A DNA stretch of 64,000 bases from Candidatus Calescibacterium sp. (GTDB lineage: Bacteria > DRYD01), in NCBI GenBank assembly GCA_025059235.1, contig JANXCV010000001.1, positions 207,204 to 271,203 of the forward strand. The letters run 5' to 3'. Positions 39,158 to 48,056 of this stretch are shown here, one piece after another (positions within the stretch are counted from its first letter, which is position 1; every line of letters begins with the position of its first letter). The position numbers and the translations under genes were made by a program. The notes beneath the pieces were generated by a model. The model had not been told where the DNA came from, did not search any database, and worked only from the letters and a program-made list of their open reading frames with translations.

Positions 39158-40300
39158 ATGGATAGATCTTATCGGGTCGTTATTCTTTTTGGGGTTTTAA
39201 GTTTTCTGGGAGATGTGATTTATGAAGGTTCAAGATCCATCTTAGGACAATATCTATACATTCTCGGTGCTTCATCGCTAGCTATAGGAATCATCTTTGG
39301 TTTAGGAGAGCTGATTAATTTTATCTTGAGATCTATTGCTGGATACCTTGCAGATCGTACCAATTCTTACTGGTTGATGTTGGGTGTCGGTTATGGTTTG
39401 TTAATTTGTATTTCTTTGATAACCTTTGTTAACGTGTGGTACTTTGCTGGTTTATTATTTTTATTTGAGAGGTTAGGTAAAGCTATCAGAACTCCGGCCA
39501 GGGATGTTCTTTTAGCTCGGGTTTCAAAAGGTATAGGTTTGGGGAAAACTTTCGGAATTCATAAATTTATCGATCAATTCGGCGCAATATTAGGCCCAAT
39601 CATAGTTTCTTATATAATACTAGTTGGCAGTTATAAACAAGCATTTTTTTTCATGATAATACCTTATCTTTTGGTTCTGCTCGTCATTTTTTTAATAAAG
39701 AGGTTATATCACTACGAGATCGGTTTTCATATGGAAAAAGGGGGTGATGTAGTATTTAAAAAGGGAGTTGTATATTTTTTGCTATCGATTTTTTTTGCAG
39801 GTATGGGATGTGTTAGTTTTGGTATTATGGGTTTTCATTGGAAAGCTAGTTCTGTTTTCTCTGATGCTATTATCCCAATTATTTATTCTTTTGGGATGTT
39901 GATAAGTGGATTTTTTTCTCTTTTGTTGGGAGTTTTGTTTGATCGATTAGGGATCAAAATTATTCTAATAGGCATTTTAGTTTCTATATTTTACCCATTT
40001 CTTACTTTTTCTAATTCATGGTTTTTAATTATTTTTGGAGTATTTTTGTGGGCTATTGGTTTGGGAGTAAATGAGTCTACTTTTAAACTAGGATTGGCTA
40101 GGCTATATGGAGTAAGTGGACAAACCTTTGGGATTTTTTATTCTTTGTATGGACTAGGGGTATTTTTAGGAGGAGTGTTTATGGGATATTTCTATCAATT
40201 TTCGATTTACTTTGTAGTTATATTTTCCGTTTTGTGTCAGTTTATTAGTTTCTGTATTTTTTGGGCTTTGTACAGGTTTTCATCTAGGAGTACTTTGTAG
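39158..40300 (+). CDS. Major facilitator superfamily-type transporter
   Basis: 380 aa with about 10-12 hydrophobic segments. MFS-like loop GYLADRTNSYW between TM2 and TM3. Confidence 0.65.
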   Translation: MDRSYRVVILFGVLSFLGDVIYEGSRSILGQYLYILGASSLAIGIIFGLGELINFILRSIAGYLADRTNSYWLMLGVGYGLLICISLITFVNVWYFAGLLFLFERLGKAIRTPARDVLLARVSKGIGLGKTFGIHKFIDQFGAILGPIIVSYIILVGSYKQAFFFMIIPYLLVLLVIFLIKRLYHYEIGFHMEKGGDVVFKKGVVYFLLSIFFAGMGCVSFGIMGFHWKASSVFSDAIIPIIYSFGMLISGFFSLLLGVLFDRLGIKIILIGILVSIFYPFLTFSNSWFLIIFGVFLWAIGLGVNESTFKLGLARLYGVSGQTFGIFYSLYGLGVFLGGVFMGYFYQFSIYFVVIFSVLCQFISFCIFWALYRFSSRSTL

Positions 40301-40727
40301 GGTGGTACTTATTTCGGGAGTTGATGGAAGAAAAAGTAAAAGTGTGGTGTAGATAGGAGGCCTGTAAACTTTACTGTTCTTGTTGCAGCCTTGTAATTTT
40401 TTAAATGCTTTTGCTTAGGATGATTTTGGTACGCTATTTTGAGGTTTTTTGTTGGTATGGGTATTGCTTGTGAACTGAGAGTTTATGAATGCGAAGTTTA
40501 TAGATTTAGAAGGCAAAGAGAAGATTTTTGCAGCTAATAGTATTATGTTGGCATATTTGGGTGTTTATGCATGAGACATGTTTGCTGAAATATTAACCCA
40601 AAAACTTAAAAGCAGAAAAAAACTGTCATATTATTTTATGTTTTATTGATCGTTACTATGTTTTTGTACTTGTTACTGATGGGTTAAGAAGGGGTTTTGT
40701 TTTGGGTTATAGAATTAATAAGAAAGA

Positions 40728-40802
40728 GCGCCCGTAGCTCAGTAGGATCAGAGCATGGGATTTCTAATCCCAGGGTCGCAGGTTCGAGTCCTGCCGGGCG
40801 CG
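40728..40802 (+). tRNA. tRNA-Arg (anticodon UCU)
   Basis: Acceptor GCGCCCG/CGGGCGC. D arm GCTC-AGTAGGATCA-GAGC. Anticodon stem TGGGA/TCCCA with loop TTTCTAA. T arm GCAGG-TTCGAGT-CCTGC. Discriminator G. This fits the heavy AGA codon use in the window. Confidence 0.9.
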
Positions 40803-40895
40803 AAGCAAACCATCTATCTCACCACTGCACTGCATAAAAATGGACCATCTGGTTCTGAAGGTATCATTTGACACCGGTTGTAATTACTAATACAT

Positions 40896-41570
40896 ATGAA
40901 TAAAATAGATTTTCTCTGTATAGGTGCTCATCCTGACGATTGTGAAATAGCTATGGGGGGAACCATAGCTAAGATGGTAAGTCAAGGATACAAAGTGATG
41001 ATCTTAGATCTTACAAATGGTGAGCCAACTCCGATGGGGACTCCTGAAAAAAGAATGAAAGAAGCAAAGAAAGCAGCCGAAATACTCGGTGTAGATAGAA
41101 TTACTCTTGATCTGAAAAACAGATTCTTGTTTGACAGTCTGGAAGCAAGATTTAAGGTAGCTTCAGTAATTAGAAAGTATAAGCCAGAGGTTATTTTTTG
41201 TCATTTTGAATTGGATGCTCATCCCGATCATATTCAGGCGTTCAATATTTCTTATGCTTCTAGATTTTACTCAAAGCTAACTAAGGTTCCTTTAGAAGGA
41301 CAAAGTTGGTATCCAAAGAGAATTATCAGGTTTTTCTCTAATCATTTAAGAATAAACGTCACTCCCTCTTTTGTTGTGGATATAAGTGATTTTATTGAGA
41401 AAAAGATAGAGTCGTGCAAAGCTTACGAAAGTCAATTTAATGCTTTTAATGTGGAGGATTATATTAGGACGTTTGCTTCTTATTGGGGATTACTGGCTAG
41501 GACTAGGTATGCTGAGCCGTTTTATTTACATGAAATACTACTGTTGGATCCCTCTTCTTTGTTAGTTTAG
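40896..41570 (+). CDS. PIG-L/LmbE-family N-acetylglucosaminyl deacetylase
   Basis: IGAHPDDCEIAMGGT, DAHPDHIQ. Confidence 0.85.
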   Translation: MNKIDFLCIGAHPDDCEIAMGGTIAKMVSQGYKVMILDLTNGEPTPMGTPEKRMKEAKKAAEILGVDRITLDLKNRFLFDSLEARFKVASVIRKYKPEVIFCHFELDAHPDHIQAFNISYASRFYSKLTKVPLEGQSWYPKRIIRFFSNHLRINVTPSFVVDISDFIEKKIESCKAYESQFNAFNVEDYIRTFASYWGLLARTRYAEPFYLHEILLLDPSSLLV

Positions 41571-41579
41571 TTGTATATA

Positions 41580-42563
41580 TTATTTTTTAGCCCAGTTACC
41601 GAGTAAGTTATCCATTGCTTTATCTGCTGCGAAAGCTGCTACCCCTGCTCCAACCACTGCTCCTACTACGGTTCCGATGCCTGGTACAACTGATCCCAAT
41701 GCTGCTCCTGCAGCTGCTCCTCCCAGGACGCCAGCTGCTGTTGATACCGTTGTTTCTAGTAGAGCTCTCTGGGGTTTTTTACCTTCTTCTAATCTGTCTT
41801 TGTAGTCTATTACTGCTGTTGCTGTTGCTACTAATGGTCCTGCTACTTTCGATATAGTTTTTATTCCTGACTTTGCTAATGATTCTGTAATTTCGAGGCT
41901 ACCTTTTTTGATTCCATTGGTTTTTATTATTTCTACTCCTTTACTTGCTATCTGTTTTGTATTTTTTATTACTTCTCCTGAGGCTATCTTCTTAACGGAC
42001 TCTTTCCCAATTTTTAGTGCTTGTAATTCACCGCTTTCTACTACTTCCGATGAGAACTCTCTAAGTATCTTTTTCGAACCTTGTTTTATACCATTTTCGA
42101 AGGGGTTTTGAATTTTGGCATTTCCTGCTAAATCTTTTACATCGTCTTTCAAGGATTGAATTCCTTCTTTAACAGATTTCTGTATTACTTTAGATATATT
42201 TTCTTGCTTTATTTCTTTTGCTTTTTTTGTGACCTTTTGTGCTATTGAATTGCTATTGGAAAGGATAGTCTCACTTATTTGCGCTTTTGATTCATCAAGG
42301 ATATATGATCCCATATCCTTCAGGATGCTTCCTTGAGAATCATTATTTTGGTTTGATTTTTCACTACCTAGACTTTTTTCCCATTGCTGTATTATTTGTT
42401 CTTGTGTTTGAACTTTTTGATACTTATTGTGGATGTTAGTTTCGATTTGGGATTTTTGTTGTGTAGATGTAATATTCTTTGATTGTGTTTCAGTTGGGCT
42501 TTTTTCAGAATATCTATTCTGGTATTGGTATATATTTTGTTTGGTATTTTCTATCTTCTCCAT
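41580..42563 (-). CDS. Hypothetical protein with Q-rich N-terminus and C-terminal glycine-zipper membrane segment
   Basis: 327 aa. The C-terminus reads AAGVLGGAAAGAALGSVVPGIGTVVGAVVGAGVAAFAADKA (repeated GxxxG/AxxxG). No signal peptide. Confidence 0.55.
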   Translation of the reverse strand: MEKIENTKQNIYQYQNRYSEKSPTETQSKNITSTQQKSQIETNIHNKYQKVQTQEQIIQQWEKSLGSEKSNQNNDSQGSILKDMGSYILDESKAQISETILSNSNSIAQKVTKKAKEIKQENISKVIQKSVKEGIQSLKDDVKDLAGNAKIQNPFENGIKQGSKKILREFSSEVVESGELQALKIGKESVKKIASGEVIKNTKQIASKGVEIIKTNGIKKGSLEITESLAKSGIKTISKVAGPLVATATAVIDYKDRLEEGKKPQRALLETTVSTAAGVLGGAAAGAALGSVVPGIGTVVGAVVGAGVAAFAADKAMDNLLGNWAKK

Positions 42564-42675
42564 GATGTTCTACCTTCTAATATAAATTGTTAGCACATTT
42601 CCCTTTTAAATGAATTAGAGATTGAAATAATTTTACATTTTTTTTACAAAAATATTTTGACAAATCCTGGGAAGA

Positions 42676-43221
42676 CTAAAACTTTGTGATACCTATATAA
42701 TGGACAAGTTGAGGTTTTGAAGAAAAGTTCTTATCATGTTTGTTGTATACATAACATTTTACTTCATAGAAAAAACAGAGTGATCTATAGTTATTATAGT
42801 CTATATGATCTATTATATGTGATTGTAAAACTATATACATTTCCCTTTTTATATTTATTTCCATTTGTTTTTGTTGGTTAGGAGATATAATTATTATTTT
42901 CCTTGGATTTTTTAGAAATTTATAGATGTATTTTGGTTCTTGTTGTTTACCTATGATTAAAGTTGATCCGTTGGCTTCTTGAGAAATAGATAAATTTTGT
43001 GCTAGTATTATTTCTCTTTCTATTTTGTTTAACAAGTTTCTTGCTTGTATAGTTGTGTTACTCATAAATGAGTATTTTCTATTTATTCTGCTATATAAAA
43101 GCATTACTTCGATAAGCATTAGAACTAGAATTGATAATATAGCAACGCTTACCATTAATTCAAGCAAAGTGAAACCCTTATTAATCTTGTACTTGTACAT
43201 CAAATGCAAGGCTATCTCCAC
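42676..43221 (-). CDS. Pseudopilin / minor pilin with prepilin-type N-terminal motif
   Basis: INKGFTLLELMVSVAILSILVLMLI. The real start may be the internal Met at 43200, giving leader MYKYKINKG. Confidence 0.75.
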   Translation of the reverse strand: MEIALHLMYKYKINKGFTLLELMVSVAILSILVLMLIEVMLLYSRINRKYSFMSNTTIQARNLLNKIEREIILAQNLSISQEANGSTLIIGKQQEPKYIYKFLKNPRKIIIISPNQQKQMEINIKREMYIVLQSHIIDHIDYNNYRSLCFFYEVKCYVYNKHDKNFSSKPQLVHYIGITKF

Positions 43222-43690
43222 TGTTACTAGAAGAATTTGATGATGTTTGAATTTCCTTCTTTACGTAATAAAGATAAATTTTTAATTCATTATCTTTTGT
43301 TTGATTATGAATTTTGTAATTAACTGTAATTTCTTTTATTTTTTGTTTTATTTTTATTTCTTTTCCGTCATTTTGAATTTGATATAGTGTGCGCTCTACA
43401 GTATGTTGGTTCTGAGGAAAATCATTTGGTATAACAGAATTTATAATGACTTTAACGTTTATATCTTTATCATTGTCTATTTCCTCTTGAAGTTGAGATC
43501 TTGTTATATTGGGATTTTTTCTTACATGCAGTTCTATTTTTTTATTTACTAGATCTATATAGAATGAATTATTTTGGTTTGTAAATATGATCATATATGT
43601 AAAACTTATCGTAAGTATACATAATGCTATTACAGCTATAGCTATGAGTATTTCTATGAGAGTTAATCCTTTAGATTTCTTCCTTAACAT
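43181..43690 (-). CDS. Pseudopilin / minor pilin with prepilin-type N-terminal motif
   Basis: MLRKKSKGLTLIEILIAIAVIALCIL is a canonical G-x-T-L-I-E class III signal. Confidence 0.75.
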   Translation of the reverse strand: MLRKKSKGLTLIEILIAIAVIALCILTISFTYMIIFTNQNNSFYIDLVNKKIELHVRKNPNITRSQLQEEIDNDKDINVKVIINSVIPNDFPQNQHTVERTLYQIQNDGKEIKIKQKIKEITVNYKIHNQTKDNELKIYLYYVKKEIQTSSNSSSNSGDSLAFDVQVQD

Positions 43691-44633
43691 CTATTCTTAC
43701 TATTCTTGTTTTTAATTTTTTAAATACCCTGAAATTTGAGCTTCCGTAGCCTATGTATACTATGCAATCGAATGTGTATTCTGTACCTGTTTGTTTTGGT
43801 GGGGTGGAGTTATCAAAGATTGGTTCTTCTTTTATATTACTAACTTCATGATAAAATCCTCCTCCTACATTGCACAAAGCATGTATTTCATATTCTGCTA
43901 TTATCTTCAATTTTCTATTTATTGGTAATTTTTTGTTTTTATCAACTATTAATTCCTTTACAAGAACATGATATTCTATGCTATTGTTTAATTTTACCTC
44001 TATATTTTTTATATTTTCACCTGGTCCGCTTTTTTGAGGATCTATATTTTTGTGTCTAACATCTTTTAATTCTATTATTACATTGTTTGCTTCATACATT
44101 CTTTTTAGTTCTTCGAATAAATCGTCTTGTAATGATCCACTACTTTCTTTTATTTTAGCGGTTAGTTCGTCTTCTATACTCTGCCTAGTTATGTTAGTAG
44201 ATATTGTTTTTGAATAAGTTGCTTTGTTAGTGATTATTTCAACCATCATTTCTCCTGTAGTTATTTTCAGTATTACAGATGGACTTACATTATCTCTGTT
44301 TGGTTCTTCATTGTATGAAGATAGATTTTGAAATTTTACTACAATTTCTGGTTTTTCTATTTTTGTGAAATTATACTTATTTTGGGATTCAACATTGAAT
44401 ATTGGGTATTCTCTATCTAATTCTTTGAGTTGTTTTATTAATGATATTCTGTAATTAATATTACTGTAGTTAGGATAATAGAATTGATAATTCTCATTAG
44501 ATTCTTTGGTTGAAAATATTATATTCCTGTTTGAGATATATACTATTGCGGTTATGCTGGTTACGAACATTACTATAAATAGTGCCAGTAGAAGCACTAT
44601 TCCTTTTTTGGTGTTAACTTGTCTCTTTTTCAT
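43671..44633 (-). CDS. PilX/GspK-like minor pilin-associated protein
   Basis: The N-terminus KKGIVLLLALFIVMFVTSITAIVY lacks the Glu5, as in GspK/PilX-type proteins. It is the first gene of a three-gene string with overlapping stops and starts. Confidence 0.5.
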   Translation of the reverse strand: MKKRQVNTKKGIVLLLALFIVMFVTSITAIVYISNRNIIFSTKESNENYQFYYPNYSNINYRISLIKQLKELDREYPIFNVESQNKYNFTKIEKPEIVVKFQNLSSYNEEPNRDNVSPSVILKITTGEMMVEIITNKATYSKTISTNITRQSIEDELTAKIKESSGSLQDDLFEELKRMYEANNVIIELKDVRHKNIDPQKSGPGENIKNIEVKLNNSIEYHVLVKELIVDKNKKLPINRKLKIIAEYEIHALCNVGGGFYHEVSNIKEEPIFDNSTPPKQTGTEYTFDCIVYIGYGSSNFRVFKKLKTRIVRIDVKEEI

Positions 44634-44674
44634 TCCATATCTATATTTTGCTTTTCATATCCTTTTTTCCTCGG

Positions 44675-44699
44675 TTTAGTTCATAGCTTTAGTTCATAG
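44675..44699. repeat. Tandem direct repeat TTTAGTTCATAG-C-TTTAGTTCATAG in a divergent intergenic region
   Basis: Exact 12-nt copies at 44675-44686 and 44688-44699. They lie between the minus-strand minor-pilin operon and the plus-strand flagellar gene string. Confidence 0.85.
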
Positions 44700-44790
44700 A
44701 ATTAAATCTTTTTTAACATTTTGTTAATAATTTTGTAAAGAATAATAGGAGAAATTAAGACTGAAAGCAAATGTATAAGGGTGAAGAAAA

Positions 44791-45381
44791 ATGGATGTTT
44801 TTAGAAGGTTAGACGAATTACTAAACACCAAACTGGAAGCAAGATTTAATAGAGTGAACGAAATATTTGACAATGTTGGTTCTTCAACAGTATCTAAAAG
44901 CGATAATAAACAGAAGGAAGAGTTTGAGGAAATATTTGGAAAATATCTTAATGATCAACCTCCTATGAATACTAATATAAAAGTTGAAGAGGAGATAAGG
45001 GATGCTGTTAGGGAAGCTTCGAGGAAATATGGAGTCGATGAGGCTTTGATATTGGCTATAATAAAGCAGGAAAGTGGGTTTAATCCACGTGCTGTTTCTC
45101 CTGTGGGTGCCCAAGGACTTATGCAACTCATGCCAGAAACAGCTAAAGAATTAGGTGTCACCGATCCATTCAACATAAGACAAAACATCATGGGAGGAAC
45201 AAAATACATAAGACAAATGTTAGATATGTTTAACGGCGATCTTAAATTAGCTCTTGCTGCTTACAATGCAGGTCCTGGAAATGTCCAAAAATACGGAGGA
45301 ATACCCCCGTTCTCAGAAACACAAAACTACGTATCCAAAGTCCTCTCCTACTACATCAATTTCAAAAACAATAACGCATAG
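44791..45381 (+). CDS. SLT-domain lytic transglycosylase (flagellar-cluster associated)
   Basis: ILAIIKQESGFNPRAVSPVGAQGLMQLMPETA (catalytic E-S motif), AAYNAGPGNV. No N-terminal hydrophobic signal is visible. Confidence 0.85.
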   Translation: MDVFRRLDELLNTKLEARFNRVNEIFDNVGSSTVSKSDNKQKEEFEEIFGKYLNDQPPMNTNIKVEEEIRDAVREASRKYGVDEALILAIIKQESGFNPRAVSPVGAQGLMQLMPETAKELGVTDPFNIRQNIMGGTKYIRQMLDMFNGDLKLALAAYNAGPGNVQKYGGIPPFSETQNYVSKVLSYYINFKNNNA

Positions 45382-45395
45382 GAGGAAAATAAAAA

Positions 45396-46163
45396 ATGGA
45401 AATTAAAAACAGCATACAAATACCCCAAGAAAAAGCTAACCACCAACCTGAAAACAAGAAAAACACGTATTCAGACGAATTCCAAAAGGAAGTGGATAAA
45501 AAAATAAAAGAAGAAAACAAAGATAGGAGACAAAGTGACTCTAAGGAAGAAAAGATCGAAAAAAACCAGGAAGAAAAACCAAGAGTAGATACAAAAGACC
45601 TGACAACCCTTAAACTGTTCGTATTACCATACGTGAATAAGGATATTTTAAGTGTAAACATCAGAGAATCATTGTATTCGAACGATCTATCCAAAAATAG
45701 CAAGAAAAATAATATCATGATAGATTGCGATCAAAAACTATTTAAATCATTTCAGGACAATATACTTCTAGACACGACCGAGCAAAAGAAAAACAAAACT
45801 AATTTGTATAACCCAGATTTTAACCCATTCTCAGCTTTCGAAAAACTGAACAACACACTAAAAGAAATCTCAAAAGAAGAAAAAATAAAAGAAAGCAGGA
45901 TAATAAGAGAACTGATAGAAAAGCTAGACGTTCAGAAGCTAAAGGATTCTCGCCAAGTAGAAATAAAATTCGACAGAGAAAATATAGGTAACCTCAACGT
46001 CAAAATAGTTAATCAAGATAATAAGGTAACGGTTGTGTTTAAAACAAGTTCAAAGTTTATCTACGATGAACTGAAAAATAACAGAGATCTTCTAAAGAGC
46101 ATGCTTGAAAGTAGAGATTTGAAAGCCGAAAAAATAGTAGTAGACTACGAGGAGGTGGTATAA
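45396..46163 (+). CDS. FliK-like flagellar hook-length control protein
   Basis: K/E-rich disordered N-terminal part. The C-terminal block QVEIKFDRENIGNLNVKIVNQDNKVTVVFKTSSKFIYDELKNNRDLLKSMLESRDLKAEKIVV fits the Flg_hook (FliK C-terminal) pattern. Confidence 0.55.
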   Translation: MEIKNSIQIPQEKANHQPENKKNTYSDEFQKEVDKKIKEENKDRRQSDSKEEKIEKNQEEKPRVDTKDLTTLKLFVLPYVNKDILSVNIRESLYSNDLSKNSKKNNIMIDCDQKLFKSFQDNILLDTTEQKKNKTNLYNPDFNPFSAFEKLNNTLKEISKEEKIKESRIIRELIEKLDVQKLKDSRQVEIKFDRENIGNLNVKIVNQDNKVTVVFKTSSKFIYDELKNNRDLLKSMLESRDLKAEKIVVDYEEVV

Positions 46164-46164
46164 A

Positions 46165-46980
46165 ATGTTTGATTTCTATAGCCAAATGAATGCTATCAAC
46201 TCTACCTACGAGATGATTAATAACCAGTTCAAGAACTTACAAAAATTTAATACAATAGGTTATAAAGCTGAAATAAAGACTTTCAGTGAGATCTATAATG
46301 ATAATATGGCCACCGGTGCAGTAAAAACAGAAAGTAAAACACTTTTTACACAGGGTAACGTCAAGAAGACCGGTGGAAAGAATCACATGGCAATAGAAGG
46401 TAATGGATTGTTTATTGTAAGCGACGGAGAAAAGACTTACTATACACGAAGAGGAGATTTTGAAGTCAAAGACGGAAAACTAGTTTGTCCAGAAGGAAAC
46501 CTGGTCGTAAAAGCCTTTGCAGTAGATGAATCCGGTAAACCAAGAAATGATAAGCTGGTCGATGTTAAACTAGAAATCGATAAAAATGGTCTTATTCTAG
46601 GGAAGTATAACGACTATGTTATCGAGGACAATGGTGTAATAAGTGGAATAATCAGGTACACCGATCCGATATCTGGACAGACGATAACAAAGAAAGAACC
46701 CATATACAAGATAGCACTTGCTAACTTTTCAGATCCAAGCACCTTGATAAGGAAATCTGATACTGTTTTTGCTGCTGACGAGAAACAAAAGCCAATCATA
46801 GGAGAAGCAGGAGTAGGAGCAATGGGAAATATTAAAGCCCAACATCTGGAAATGTCTAACATAGATATTCCCACTCAGGTTCAACAAGCAATGCTAGCCC
46901 AAATGCAATATAATGCCACAATGGCCTCATTCAGAGCACTAAACGACATGGTGAAGAATGCTTCTCAATTAGTAAGATAG
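46165..46980 (+). CDS. Flagellar rod/hook family protein (FlgF- or short FlgE-like)
   Basis: N-terminal NNQFKNLQKFNTIGYKAE (compare ANNLAN-x-NT-x-GYK). C-terminal LEMSNIDIPTQVQQAMLAQMQYNATMASFRALNDM (compare LE-x-SNVD...M-x-x-QR-x-Y). Confidence 0.7.
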   Translation: MFDFYSQMNAINSTYEMINNQFKNLQKFNTIGYKAEIKTFSEIYNDNMATGAVKTESKTLFTQGNVKKTGGKNHMAIEGNGLFIVSDGEKTYYTRRGDFEVKDGKLVCPEGNLVVKAFAVDESGKPRNDKLVDVKLEIDKNGLILGKYNDYVIEDNGVISGIIRYTDPISGQTITKKEPIYKIALANFSDPSTLIRKSDTVFAADEKQKPIIGEAGVGAMGNIKAQHLEMSNIDIPTQVQQAMLAQMQYNATMASFRALNDMVKNASQLVR

Positions 46981-46992
46981 GAGGGATAGATT

Positions 46993-47727
46993 ATGTTTAG
47001 CTCGTTTTATACTGCTGCCAGTGGAATGGAAGCTCAGCTTAAAAAGGTAGAGATATTATCCCAAAACTTGGCTAATGCCAACTCTATCTCTTACAAACAA
47101 CAGAGGATAAGTTTTCAAGAATTAATGTACCAAAAGATTGATCAAATGAATATTGGTACTGGTACAAAAATAGGAGAAGTTGAGAGAGTATTCAAAATAG
47201 GAGCTATGGAAAGAACAAATTCCCCCCTTGACGTAGCCATCCAGGGAAGGGGATTCTTCAAAGTTCAAACACCCGAGGGAAAAACAGTTTATACAAGAGA
47301 CGGAAGATTTAACGTAGAAAATGGTGAACTGGTAATAAAAGATATAGGAAAGACAGGAATAAAAGTGCCACAAGATGTAACTGGAGTAACTATTGAAGAA
47401 GATGGAACAGTCGTAGGATATAAGGGAAAAGATAAGGTAGAAATAGGGAAGATTAAGATATACGATTTTGTCAATCCGAACGGCTTAAAAGGTATAGGCA
47501 AAAACGCTTTCGAATGGACTGAAAATGCAGGAAAACCAATAGAAATAGAACCAGGAAAAGGGGATAACCCGAAAATTGCAGCAGGGTTTCTAGAAAAAAG
47601 CAACGTCAACGTCATTACCCAAATGATGGATATAGTATCTTCACAAAGGAACTACGAGCTAGTAGCCAAATGCGTTGAATCTGCAGACCAAATAGCAAGA
47701 ATGGCTAATCAAATGAAAAAACATTAA
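46993..47727 (+). CDS. flgG: Flagellar distal rod protein FlgG
   Basis: FYTAASGMEAQLKKVEILSQNLANANSISYKQQR, GRGFFKVQTPEGKTVYTRDGRF, GFLEKSNVNVITQMMDIVSSQRNYE. Confidence 0.85.
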   Translation: MFSSFYTAASGMEAQLKKVEILSQNLANANSISYKQQRISFQELMYQKIDQMNIGTGTKIGEVERVFKIGAMERTNSPLDVAIQGRGFFKVQTPEGKTVYTRDGRFNVENGELVIKDIGKTGIKVPQDVTGVTIEEDGTVVGYKGKDKVEIGKIKIYDFVNPNGLKGIGKNAFEWTENAGKPIEIEPGKGDNPKIAAGFLEKSNVNVITQMMDIVSSQRNYELVAKCVESADQIARMANQMKKH

Positions 47728-47737
47728 GGTGATAGGT

Positions 47738-48049
47738 ATGGAAATATTTAACAATATTGATTTATCAAAGATAAAATCACCACAGGAGTATAACAATTAC
47801 TTACAGGCCAAAAGAGGTGCACAAGAATTCGAAGCAGTGTTTATAAACATGATGCTAAAAGAAATGCTCAAAACTGCTACTAAGAGCCCATTTACTTTGG
47901 ATGAACAAGGAAGTGGAGTTAATAATACACAAAAAGAAATGATGTACGATTTGCTAGCTCAATCCCTATCTCAAGAGTGGGCAAAAAGCAATTCTATACT
48001 GTCTGAGCAAATACTACAACAACTGAACCCCAACTACCTAGAAGAATAA
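47738..48049 (+). CDS. flgJ: Rod-binding protein (FlgJ N-terminal domain only)
   Basis: GAQEFEAVFINMMLKEMLKT matches the FlgJ rod-binding motif (A-x-x-FEA-x-F-x-x-x-ML-K-x-M). It is only ~103 aa and has no muramidase domain. I prefer ATG 47738 (AAGGTGA upstream) over GTG 47729. Confidence 0.8.
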   Translation: MEIFNNIDLSKIKSPQEYNNYLQAKRGAQEFEAVFINMMLKEMLKTATKSPFTLDEQGSGVNNTQKEMMYDLLAQSLSQEWAKSNSILSEQILQQLNPNYLEE

Positions 48050-48056
48050 GCTTCAA

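Noticed and set aside
40301-40727. Possible tmRNA, RNase P RNA or SRP RNA in the long spacer. It contains ...tgc agc taa tag, which is reminiscent of a tag-ORF double stop.
   Set aside because: The would-be tag ends in ...DFCS rather than a hydrophobic Ala-rich terminus. There is no tRNA-like acceptor/T-arm pair flanking it. There is no GAGGAAAGUCC (RNase P) or SRP domain IV motif.
31172-42563. The Q-rich N-termini of 31172..32071 and 41580..42563 as evidence that the two proteins are paralogs or share a secretion signal.
   Set aside because: The similarity is compositional (Q/T/K/N low complexity) and has no alignable blocks. It cannot be distinguished from bias.
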